A DNA stretch of 64,000 nt from Trichoplax adhaerens. Its lineage: Eukaryota; Animalia; Placozoa. The stretch spans positions 3,448,152 through 3,512,151 of the forward strand of contig NW_002060944.1 of NCBI RefSeq assembly GCF_000150275.1, in the 5' to 3' direction. Of this stretch, positions 29,601-54,800 are shown piece after piece (positions within the stretch are counted from its first letter, which is position 1; every line of letters begins with the position of its first letter). The notes beneath the pieces were generated by a model that saw only the letters and a program-made list of their open reading frames with translations, had not been told where the DNA came from and did not search any database. The translations under genes and the position numbers were made by a program.

Positions 29601-32163
29601 ATCTAGTTGATGGAATACAATTTCCAAGATGGAATTTAATCTCTGATCCTTGTCGGCAATGGGGAAAATTGCCCTTCGATCAGGTTTTGAATTTGTTTCT
29701 TTCCATTTTCAAAATATAATGTTCATCTTATGTCGTATGTGGTAGAGCTAATTTCATCCAATTATTCCAGCCAGACTATATCTAATTATGCATTCAAGAC
29801 TTTCAGAAATACAATGTCACTTTAACTACATTACGATAGATTTCTACGTATATTTGTCTCATTTATATCCCTAAGTCGCTCTTTAAATTGATGTGCTTAC
29901 AGGTTTATGTCATTAATTTACTGCGTCGAAAAGAAAGAAGACAATATATGAAAGCTTTACTAGATGAAATTTGTTTAGATGCTGAATTTTTCGAAGCCAT
30001 CGATGGCAGGTATCTGCAGCTGTAGGATAGATATTAGGAATTGCATATTTAGGATTACTATAATTTAGCTTTTAAGCAATTAGTACTAAATATCGTAGTG
30101 ATCGAAAATTATTCTAGTATTCACTACTATCAGTGTCGATTATTTCAGGTGATTAAAGATTGTTCTTAGTTATTTTAAGCTATTAACGCTATAAAACCGT
30201 AAAGAAATGTTTTAATTTTAAAATTCTGTTATAAATATCTATGACCATTAATCTATTTCAGACAGTTAAATGAAGAAAAAATAGCTAAATTAGGCATTCA
30301 AATATTACCTGGCTACTTAGATCCCTTTCATCAACGGTGAGATAGGTTTGCACCTACATTATAGACCAACATAATTGCACTTACGCTATAGTCTTGTTAA
30401 CAACAATGCAGAAATAAAACTCAAATATACTCTAACATTATCCATTCATACAGTATGAAAGCTTGTAAAATACTCTTATTTATCCACCGGAGAATATATG
30501 ATCAAAGTCGTTATGGTAAATTCGAAAGTCTCTAATAGATTATGCGTTATTTACATACTTGCAAATGGAATAAGTTACCTATAGCCAACGAAACTACTAA
30601 TAAGATTGTAATAAAGTATAGCGGAAGGAACACATTAGTGCATGAGTACGCATCAGCAATTAATTTATAGTCTATCGAAAGAAAGAACATCAATACAAAG
30701 ATCTACTGTATGTCAACATATCCAGCAATAAATACATAGTTCTACGGGCGCATTGTGAGAATTTGCTATGTCTATACCGAAGAAAATAATATTCATTTAC
30801 GTGTCATGCCAGCAAATCTTAAAATTAACATATACATATAAAGCTAAAAATTTGATAACTTTGTTTAATTATTCGATAAAATTATTTCATGCAACATAAT
30901 AGACCTATGAAATATGGAGAAATCGGTTGTTTTCTGAGCCATTACCAACTCTGGAAAAAAGTTATAGTGATTTTATGCAAGAGTAGCATCCAGCTTTAGA
31001 TGGATTTCATCATTTATTAGCTACCAAAGGTATCCATAACTATTCCAACTTAATATTTCACCTTATTCTTGAATAGGTTATCCAATTCAATTATTCATCA
31101 ATTCTTATCCTTGAAGACGACGTTAAGGTAAAAATGGGCTTCCATCGCCAACTTAGCCAGGTTATGCAAGAAGTTCAGTCGCTGTCACTACCATGGGATA
31201 TTATGTTAGTATTTATGGCAGCTCATTAGGTTATGGTAAATCTCTATAGACTAAAATAAGATTCACATTACAAACTTGAAATCCTGAAAATCGTTGATTA
31301 TTATCATCACCTCTTCTACTAATTTATGGTTATAAGTCGTACATATTCCCAATTTTTCTACAATGTCCTAAGAGCATAAAAGAACTATTATTTTTTCTTG
31401 GTCATTCTCTCTCTAGCTATATTGGTAGGAAAAAATTACTTAGTGAAGCAGAAATACCTGTTAAAGGAGCAAATTATTTGATTTGGCCTGATTATTCTTA
31501 TTGGACGGTGGGTTATATCTTGTCTGCTAGTGGTGCAAAGAAATTATTAGCATCACAACCATTAACTCATATGATGGCTATCGATGAATTTTTACCAATT
31601 ATGTACGACAAGCATCCTAGGTACAAACTATATCAGCGAATATTTCCGACTGATGAAACAACCTAGCCATCCGATTTAGAATCTATTAATTTAAAGCAGT
31701 TTCTATCACTAGTAGCATCAATAAATACTATATAGAATACAGTAAGATAGGTTATACGTTACTAATATACTAGACTACTAGATTGATCAATTGCCCTATT
31801 TATTCTTTTTGTATTTACAAATCATTAAAACTGCTATTAGCAGAAATAGTAAACACAGAACATAGGATAGATAATGTAACGTCGTTGCACCACCAATGGA
31901 TAGGTTTCTGGTCTATTTATTATTTACTCAGCCTATAACCTACTTTAGCTACATATGCATTAGCATATGCTAAATTTCATCTCATTTGAAATTGTTAATG
32001 CTATAGAAAAGACTGGAAGGAAATTTTTCCTGAGCGAAACTTGATTGCAATTTCTGCAGAACCACTGCTGATCGAACCAGCTTTTTACGTTGCGGATAAA
32101 GATTATGTAAGCGATACTGAAGATTCGTCTATAGTGGTAGCAGACCAGCATGACGAGCTCTAG
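23658..32163 (+). CDS. COLGALT1: Procollagen galactosyltransferase (GT25 family, COLGALT/GLT25D), 13 exons, signal peptide and C-terminal HDEL
   Basis: Phase-consistent exons 23658-23860, 25822-26044, 27336-27400, 28155-28230, 28815-29019, 29375-29491, 29607-29683, 29903-30009, 30262-30336, 30903-30960, 31077-31204, 31417-31620, 32007-32163. Motifs: [19 protein letters not shown] (DxD), [65 protein letters not shown] and terminal HDEL-stop. Confidence 0.95.
23970..25460. repeat. Two adjacent old, degenerate tandem arrays filling COLGALT intron 1
   Basis: TTGCTAAATT.AATTGCAAT.GAAAGA...GTTCAACT-like units at ~23970, 24146, 24331 and 24521 (~185 bp period). A second unit, TTTGATAG...TTC.C.TCTA...TAGCTAG, recurs at ~24720, 24905, 25205 and 25395. 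Confidence 0.65.
28466..28486 (-). repeat. Short interstitial telomere-type repeat (TTAGGG)3.5 in a COLGALT intron
   Basis: Plus strand reads AACCCTAACCCTAACCCTAAC. Confidence 0.75.
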
Positions 32164-32977
32164 TAAATGCGCAAAATAATGAAACGATCTTACCTAAATG
32201 ATCCAGGTCAACATTACAAAGCAGCGCAATGATTTGAAAGTGATAGAATGATAAGGTGTAATTTAAAATCTAGCGGAATAAAAAATCCTGATTTATTTTT
32301 AGCGTCTACCGATTTGATACGGATTTTAATTGAAGGCTATGCTATACCTTATTAGGGCTACTATGTCTTACTAACAAGATATCAATCTGGTCGCTAAATA
32401 TTGTCAAATAAATGCTATTTATGCTATGTTGCACACTGTTATCATCTCTTTTTAGTGTACAAATATGTAAAAAATAAATCAGACCCATATCGAAAAGAAA
32501 ACTCGAAACAAGGAATAATACCTTAGTTGCTGGCCATTAAAAAGAAATTTCACACCTATGAAATATACATACGTGATATATATACTATACTTGTATACCG
32601 ACATATACTCGTACATATGTGATATGCTGTAATATATACTGGATGAGCATATATAGATGTTGATAATAAATCAGCTACTAGTTATCTACCGGCAGTGGCT
32701 AAAGTCTTTTTAGTAGATAATTGAAATTAGGTGCAAAGGTCCTATTTATCACTTTCTTATTAGTCTAGACTCAGCGCATAACTAGGGCAAAATGAAATAA
32801 ATCGTTAAATAACTCAAGTAGATATTGTTTGCTGACTGAAAGTGCTATAAACTATTCTACTTTACAAGAAGTACAGGTATTAAAATCGTTAGAACTAGTA
32901 GATTAACATTGAGAACTTGTCAACGTTCAAGTTATTCAGATAAATTAGCAATAAGCCAATTTACTTGTATTTCAGCT

Positions 32978-33469
32978 ATGGAGAAACCATGTTATGCCAC
33001 GCCATATCCCTCGCGTATTCCCATTCTGGTTAATAAAAACTACCTCTATTCAACGCCTATTTCTTCAAAAGTAGTCAAAAGTCAAGTTCACTATAACTCT
33101 ATTCCATGTCGTATCCCTCAATTAATTCGACGCCTCTCGCCATCTCCGGATCAAGCCGCTAGCCATAAAAGACTGCCCGATATGGAGATAGAGCTACAAA
33201 ATTATATAGATTCTGAATCGACTAAGAGTTATAATGATGAAGGCAAGAAATCTCTGGCTGGAAATGTATCTGATTTGAAAGCAAAATCAATCAGCGGAAT
33301 TGTCTCCAAAGTCATTAGTAAATGCATCGACAACAATTTATTTATCGACAGCCACGACACCAAGCAAAATCATTATTTTCATACACCTAGTTTAGATCGC
33401 CGGAGTAAAGTCAGATTTCAAAATGCTCATTCATTTTGGAAAGATATTGAGATACGAGATCGTCTGTGA
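32978..33469 (+). CDS. Uncharacterised 163-aa protein with a single coding exon and short linear motifs (SxIP, RVxF)
   Basis: The ORF is long for this AT-rich background. Its ATG lies 2 nt after an acceptor (TATTTCAG, 32975) that pairs with a donor CAG|GTATTA (32877), giving a 99-nt 5'UTR intron. No recognisable family. Confidence 0.55.
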   Translation: MEKPCYATPYPSRIPILVNKNYLYSTPISSKVVKSQVHYNSIPCRIPQLIRRLSPSPDQAASHKRLPDMEIELQNYIDSESTKSYNDEGKKSLAGNVSDLKAKSISGIVSKVISKCIDNNLFIDSHDTKQNHYFHTPSLDRRSKVRFQNAHSFWKDIEIRDRL

Positions 33470-34142
33470 TTTTAATCTGACTAAGAATTATTCAGGCAAT
33501 GGATTATGAAATACAAAGCAAGGTTAAGATAAATACATTTATGTATTGTCTGAAATAGTATCGAAATTTGCAATTGTAATTTAAATTTGCTAATCTGATC
33601 CAGTAGAACGTATCTTATAGAGTGCAAATAGTAACTAATGTTTACTAGCCATAATTAAGGCTTTCATTTATCATATATCGAAGAGTAAAAATTTACTTTC
33701 TACAATTGGCTAATAACAGTAATAAGTACTAGTTTGGTTGCGCTAGCATTCAAGGTATCCGGGTATTTAAACCTGATGTTACACTTGCATGTAGAATTTG
33801 CAATACTCTGGTATAGCAAATTGTTTTACATGTTACTTTGATTGATATTAAAATATTATCGTAAGGGCTGCTTTATTCTCTCCCGATGATCAGTATCTAT
33901 AAATTCTTTATTTGATCAATCAAGAATTACTTCATATAAGCTGTTTTCGAAATATTAAGTATTCAACACATTTTCTAGAATAATATACATGCTAGCCATC
34001 TTGTATCACGAAAATAGTACACGTTATAAATAAAAAGCATACTAAGACTAAGAACCATTTACAGTAATTATATTTTCCAATCAATATGATAGTCTTAAAC
34101 ATGCTGCTGCATGTATTGCACGTTTATTATAGGTGAAATCTT

Positions 34143-34772
34143 CAATCGTGTAACTTATTGCCGTTTGTATGTCTAGAGGGATCAATTACTAGTTTGTGGA
34201 GTTCATCAGATAATTCAACTCTTAGCCATATCTTGATAGAGCTAATGCAATCAATTTTTAATCCTAAAAAGGCGTAGTAAAAGATATTATGAGATATCCT
34301 ATTAATTAAAGCCTTCTTTACGGGTTCAATTAATAAGTATACCCTAGATATTTTCAATCGCTTAACTAATTACCGATTGTGTAGCAAGGGAGGTCAACTA
34401 CTAGTTTATGAAGCTCGTCAAATAATTCAGCTCTTGTCTATACATTAATAAGAACTGGTGCATCCAATTTTTAATCCTAAACGACGCAATAAAAGATATT
34501 ATGAGATATCCTGTTAATTAAAGCCTTCTTTGCGGGTTCAATTAATAAGTATATCCTAAACATTTACAATAGCGTAACTTATAACCAATTTATATGGCAA
34601 CGAGAGGTCAATTATTAGTTTGTGAAGCTTGTCAAATAATTCAGCTCTTAGCTATATCTTAATAAGAGCTGATGCATTCGATTTTCAATCTTAAACATAC
34701 GTAGTAAAAGATACTATGCAATTTTCGGTCAATTAAAACTCTCCTCGCAGGTTTAGTTAATTAATAAGTATA
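34143..34772. repeat. Tandem array, 3 copies, 212-215 bp period, abutting the CCDC180 promoter
   Basis: AAAAGATA.TATG..AT.T.C..T.AATTAAA recurs at ~34283, 34495 and 34710. TAGTTT.TG.AG.T..TCA.ATAATTCA.CTCTT recurs with the same period. Confidence 0.92.
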
Positions 34773-34844
34773 AGTAATATAGAATTCCGGGCAAGGCGTG
34801 GCACTGGCCAACACGGTCACCTGAAAGACGAGATCGACTGCGCA

Positions 34845-34867
34845 GTCGTCATGGTTACCGTAGCAAC
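34845..34867 (+). promoter_or_regulatory. Overlapping RFX X-box motifs (GTCGTCATGGTTAC / GTTACCGTAGCAAC) at the CCDC180 promoter
   Basis: The motifs resemble the X-box consensus GTNRCC(N0-3)RGYAAC. They lie in a GC-rich patch just before a 5'UTR intron (donor 34899, acceptor 35114) and the ATG at 35130 of a ciliary gene. Confidence 0.75.
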
Positions 34868-35129
34868 GCTACTAACTAGATGATACTATTGATTTATTGT
34901 AAGTTCATCATCTCGTTATTGATGATTAGTATAGTAACGATTTTACTTACCATCTAGCTATTCATTTTATAAAGGATTTAAATCGGTAGTAGAATTACAC
35001 AAGCATAAAGTCTATAGCAATTGCTTTACTTGTTATTTGCTCTATTAAGAACTGAACTGCATATGTAGTAGAGTCATTGCAGCTTGCTAGATTAAAAGGT
35101 ATTCTATTGTCTAGGTAATATAAGTAAGG

Positions 35130-48013
<12,884 letters not shown>

Positions 48014-48845
48014 CTATAAATATCCGTTCGAGTATTTCAAAATGCCAGGCTTGGTTTTTATTGTCAATCTATTAGCCTACTGCTTCGAATTTGTATATAG
48101 TCCATTTAAAATTCGCATTTATCAAATGTATGATGATATATCTTTATACTTAAATTGCAGTAAACGACGTTTTCTAGCTATATGAACTTGATCATAGCGG
48201 AAATAGTCAAGATAGCTTAACCAAGTTGAAATAAAATTCAACGTTACAACGTAGGACTATTTATACTGATAATATTTGACAAATCAATGCGGCAAACAGC
48301 CGATTAATAATTTTGTAATTAAGCTCTTATTAAATAGAATGTTCTTATTGTAATAATAGCATACACAGCAGCATAATTTGTACAGCAATTATATTGCAAC
48401 ACTTCTTCAAAATATAAAATTTCATCAAACAATTTCGACTTTCCTCATATGGTTAATTAATAAAAATAATGAAACCAGTACAATCAACTTTTGATCCTAT
48501 TCAATCGTTTGCATAAAATAGAAACTTAGAAATAATACAACTTTTAAATTAATTTTACATAGTTTCTTAAAAGATCTCTAATTGACTAAAATGACGAGTA
48601 ACAACGTCGTGCTAAACACTTAGAAGAGCCTAGAAAAAATAAAACATAAATCTTACCTCAATAATCAAATAAGATCAATGTATAACCTTGCTAATGGAAA
48701 TTTTGAACAGATTAAGTTTAAAAAAAATCGTAATAAATTATTCTACTAGTATCTTATAGTTTCAATAAAAATACCTATCCTAACATCATGTAAATTTGCA
48801 TGTTAATACAGAGTTTGCTACAAATAGAATGAAAATTCAATTAAG

Positions 48846-51800
48846 TTATGACACTTTCTTCTTCCAGCCTTTCTGAACTGTTTTTGAGTATCTTGTCACG
48901 ACTTCCTTAAATAGGTCTACATAGGAGTACTTAGTATTAGCATAAATAATCCAGTAATATTTATGGAAGAAAAACAGCTAAGATATTATTTATATAGTAA
49001 TTATGAAATGACTGTACCACTTTCTAAGGCTTTCGATGCTGCATTCTTTTCTGCCATTTTAATACTGTTTTAAATAACACAAAATTAATCAGTAAAAAAG
49101 TAAATTACATAATTGCATGCTACATGCTAATACATTTATGCTTACCTGCTTCCAATACCTGTAGCTATACATTTTCCATGTAAGTGGACCTCAACTGACA
49201 ACAGACAAAAGAGCGAATCATAGAGTCATCGCTATTGCTAAATAACACATTTTTAGCATCCAAAATTTCATTATGACTGTTACTATTATCAACATACCTG
49301 TAAATTCTCTTTGGTTTCCGAAGCTATAATTTCTGATTACGCTTTAAAACAAATAGTAGTGAATTAATAATTCGTTTTAATTATTCTACTTATACTGTAA
49401 ACTGACACCCTTACACATATTTTGGATATTCTGGTTGCTTATTAGTTTTACGCATCATAATGCAATAATTATTTAGTCTCGACTTGGGATCGAATTTTCC
49501 CAGATCGGGAATTATATCCTACATCAAGATGAAAATCTTAAATCAAGCTCAAATAGATACATTTAGTCTTAACAGTATCACTTAAGAAATTCATTCTTGT
49601 AATACTGTAGTTGCAATCTATAAAAATAATATATTGTTATCGTTAGTGAAGTTCTATTAATAGTACCTTAATTTTTGAAAAAAAACAAACACTGCAAAAG
49701 GCTTCTACGTATGATATCCCTTTATCGATGAATAATGCCCCAATAAAAGCTACATAAAGTTAAAATCGGGTAAAATGATAATTTTCATCATTTTTCGTAA
49801 ATAGAGCACTTTTAAAAACACTAATAAATAATGTCTTTTCAAAATGCTATCAGCTAATTACATTCCAGTATGTCTGCCATGATCTTTTGTCGCTTTGAAT
49901 GTAAAATCTACCAACAAAAGATTAAAAATCAACAACTTTGCTTAATGACGAATCATTCGTATACGGTATGCTCTATCTAAGTTAGCAAAACAAAGGTAGT
50001 ATAATCTTTACCTTATCTCGGTCATTCACACCGGTATACAAATACTTATCCAACAACAAATCCTCAGCGACTTTACTTTGTAATTCATTATTGGAAAGTG
50101 AACTCCTTAAAATCTTAAAAATTATGATGGAATATCCACCAAATGTTATGCTAAATTTTTAAATCGCTTAAAGTCAAAAGTCAAGCAATTATCTTACACT
50201 TAGATGACCTTCACGGTAATGTGGAAATTGGCGATATACATGTGAAGCTAGCATGTAACTTAAGATCGCATCTCCAAGAAATTCTAGCCTTTGATAATCT
50301 CCTCTGGACAAATAAACAAATAACATTAAATCTTCAGTATAATCGAAATATCAAATGACGTAAGAATTTATAACGCACATTGTTAAATGATTTAATCCAG
50401 CTGATGGATGGGTAAACGCTTTAGCTAATAACCGTATATGTTTAAATTCGACACCGATCGATTCTTCAAAATCGGTTAAACCCTATTAGATAGCGATATA
50501 AATAGCCGGTTGAATTACTTTTATTAAACCTTATCACGAAACAATCATGGCAGTGTTTAAGTTATTTAACCTGCAAAAACTGAGATTTCGGAATCAATAT
50601 TCGGTCACCGTCTGGAAACTGTTCCTACAGCGGTGCATAATAACAATAAAGCATTAGACAGTAATACAGATAAGCTATTGCCAAGAAAGAGTTTAGTGTT
50701 TCGAAATATAAGCTAGTTTGTAACTGAATATTGAAACAGCTCACCTGCAATGGGTGCGTTACAAGATTCATCCAAGTTCCCATAAGTTCACTCTGCGCGT
50801 AATAAAACGTATTGTTTGATTAATAAAATAACTGTACTTAAATACTCTCGCTAAATGACAGTGGATTCGTATTACATCGTCATCGAATGTTAGCTTGCCA
50901 AAAATTTCTCGGACTCTATCAAGTCCATTTTCCAAATACATTGCACCTGGTGTACATTATAAAAATGAAATACTATTAAAATTAAGAATAAAATTTGCAA
51001 TTTAGATTCAATGAACAAAATGTCTTAACCAAATAATGCTTCTACGCCGTTAGCGATGGAGCGATCTAGATTATTGTTTTTAAGGGCTCTAAGAAATTAT
51101 TTGAAGATTAGAGGCAGATATGATCTTGTCTAAAAGCTTTCCGAGATTGAATTCTTAGCTCGTACTCATGAGAATAAGCCAAAAATTCGTCGAGTTTGAG
51201 TTTCTGAAAAGTAAAGATACCTTGTTTACAAAATTTGTATCTAATAATTAATTTTATGATATAAAGCGTACCTTTCCTAATCTTCCCAGTTGTTTATTAT
51301 TTACTAAGGCTGACCGATACACTGATAAATCTCCCTCCGATAGGTCAGGAAACATAAAAAATAGTTCGACGCTAAAAGTATCAACGGTATGTTATAAGCA
51401 AATATTCGTAGATTAGGTCCAGTCTAAGCTTTCAAAATATAGCAGTTATTCCAGTCTCCACAAGATGGAAATTGATTATCGAAGATTAGTATGTGAGAAA
51501 ATCGAAATTAAATATAAATATACGTTATTAATGCCAACAAGAACACACCTTGAAATATAATTTATTACTGCATCACCAAGATATTCTAGAGTTTCGTTAT
51601 CCAAGATACTTATTTAAATAGAATGATATTATTGATAATTTATACAATACTAAATAACATGTATACGTGCATAATACTGTATTTATTTTATATATACGGA
51701 TCTACCTTGTTTCAAGCTCTGTTGATAAAATTTTTCTGGCTTTCTGTGGATTTAATTCTAATTATGGTGACAAAGGCACATAGTTCATCGTGAACACACG

Positions 51801-54800
51801 AGTATATTAAATACTAAAGAAAAAGCTATTTATCATGAAGATGTGCAGCAAATTATACCCTTAAGGTCATCGATATCAGTCATATGGTTTCCTCCAGCAT
51901 AGTGCGGATTCTTAATGCCACAATTAAATAAGCTACAAAGAATATGATCCATTTCGCAGCCGTCTCGAATGTTGGCATGGGTTTTATTCGCAAGAGCACG
52001 CTTTGTGACCGAATTAATTTTGGACATGAGTATTTATCAAGGATATTATAATTTAGTATTATTTTATAGGCCAAAAAGTAACCAACTAGAGTGCACAACA
52101 TAAAAGTAAACAGTTTGTACTTATATTGCGTTACGTTTATACCAATTGCTGTTTTATTGTATCATCGCAACTTAGATTTACGCTTTATACGTCGTCTAAT
52201 GTAATAGCATACCTCACTGACTAAATTTTTAACGAAACCAGGATTAATTATCAGCATTGTAATAAAATTTCAGTTTTCAAAACGAAATTAAAATGCATCG
52301 GATATCAATAAAAACTTTGGTTTCTGTTTAACTATTTTAAGATGGTATTATAAATAGAGTAAGCATACAGTTCATAGCTTAATAAGGTACATATAATCGA
52401 GGTGAAATCTACGATAACCCCTCTCCAACTATTTGAATACCTGCAGCAAAGATTTGCGTTTGAAAGAATATCCTATGGCTTCTTCAAAGTAGTAAAGACT
52501 GCGATGAAACCGGATATGATGCACAAGAGTTGGCAAAAGTAAGGCATGCTATGTTAAGTACCAGTAACAAAAGTTAGTTGTGGAACGAGGTCTGAGAATT
52601 TCACTTCTTCTCGATACTAATGAAAATTTTTCTTCTTTACCTGTGTTATATCACCTTTTAAGCCGATTCTGTTAAACCTCTCTCCGTCAATTACAACCCT
52701 TACTTCACGTTTAAGATTACTAATATATAGGCCCAAATAATTTAATATGCTGATGATTTTCAATTATAAATATTTTATTAAATAACGTTAACCTAGATTC
52801 TTTTATACGTGATAACTTTTCTTCAGCTTTTCGCATCAGTTCGCTGACCTGCTTTCCACTTTTTAGCAAGACTCTAGATTACCAGGAAAATTGACAGCTT
52901 ATTAGTAGAATTATAATCTTGTTTATGAATAATGTAAAAAAAACAGTACATTATCAGTACCCGGCTTTAAACCCCTCTCTTAGAGTATTTCGTTCATGGC
53001 AAATTTCTAAATATCTACAATGAGAGTACAGCCGATAAAATTTTATGTAATTCACGCAAATAAACAACTTCGGTTTCACCATTAGTTGAATTCATGAATG
53101 CTTTAAACTAGCAAATTTACTTCTTGTTATTTAAATAGCTATGATGGTGAGGCCGATGACTGCAATGAATAACTTTCGGGTACGTCTAGAAATAGACCAG
53201 ATGCCAACAACTCGCTTTAAAAATTAATTCTTCAAAGCATACATATTTCAAATCGTATATTACCCTAGACTCGTAGCAGACTTTACTCCAATCAATATCA
53301 TCAACACGAATAGTAGACGGTTTCTAATAAATAATATCAGAGTATCAGCTGTGTTTGCAGTATCAGTATTGCTACTTCATGTATATTGAGTCCGATAAGG
53401 AGCATTACTAAGAAAGGCGAATAGACTAGTGATCCAGTAACTTCATTCGTAATTTTTTTTCTGTCTTCGTTGTCATACAACAAACACTGAACCTAAAAAG
53501 AATCATTACATCTATCTTAGATTAATTTAAATGATCAATAAGATTATCGACTCGATAACTTACATCAAACAGAGGTTGAGAAAAGTTTAAAATATACTCC
53601 AATACTTCAGCTACAGATAACGTCTCTACGCTTTTCTCTAAATTTTAAAAGTCAGTTATGCACAGTATTTACGTGTGAAATATTCTGGATTGCCCCAAAA
53701 TATAAGCAAAATGTATAACACTGCAAGTATAAAAAGTAAAGCGACTACTATAATAACAGTCTTACCATGGCTTTTTCTGACGAATAGAGGTATAAAATAA
53801 AATAATCTTCCATCACCGTTTGGATCTGTAGTACAAATATTTATTATCAATTAATTTGGTATTAAAATTGAATAATCGTACCTTTCGTATAACATGTGTT
53901 ATTACATCATAACACCGCAATAATCACTCTAAAAGATGTATTTATTTAATTAATTATTCGTATAAAGCGTTATATAATTCTCCATTATCAATTGTTGTAC
54001 GTGGCCCAATTAAAAAGTAAAAAGTGATATCGCTCCATAACACTTATACGTTTATTCAATATCAGATTACTTTGAAATAAATTTATGACGACTATAACTG
54101 TAGATATTCTTTAACTAAGCCGCGTCGTATGTTAACCAACCTTTTAAGCTCCAATCCGGTAGCTCTAATAGATGATCGAACAAAAATTCTTGAAATAATT
54201 CGAGATCTTGTAAGGTATACGCCTGGTCGTAAAGAGTAATAAATATGCAGTTAAATAACCCATGACTAACGGATAGAGTCAACTAGTTATAAAGGTCAAA
54301 GCACTTTCCAATATTTAATCTAACATACCAATGAAATTGGTTCAGCATTAGCAGAGATTTTATACTGGCGATTATACCGATGAAGAAGACAAACCGGTAT
54401 ATTCTCGAGAGGATAATGAGATAATATAGAAAAGCCTTCAAATACATATTCGTTGTTGTTTTTCCGTATAACTGTTGGATGATCACTCTATACGAATGTT
54501 AAGTTATAATATTTAATAACGAAGAAAGAGATTTTTAAGTATTAGTTGTCAAACATTTAATTACTTTAAAATTGACTGAAGGCCAAATTGCAATTCTGTA
54601 ATGGTAGAATTTATTGTAGGAACATGTCCAGGGATCGTAAGCAGGTACGGCCTTCGTGATACAGGGAAAATATAGAAGTTTAAATTGCGATATCATAGCT
54701 GCAATCTAATGATAAACTAAATATGATGCTATGGCGATTTGATTTCTTTTATTTACCTGTTCTCCTACATATTTATAGTGTAGTAGGCCTTTCTTATTAG

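Noticed and set aside
48630-48656. Minus-strand GTAAGA...CTAG micro-intron
   Set aside because: At ~27 nt it is too short compared with the ~70 nt or longer introns seen elsewhere in the window.
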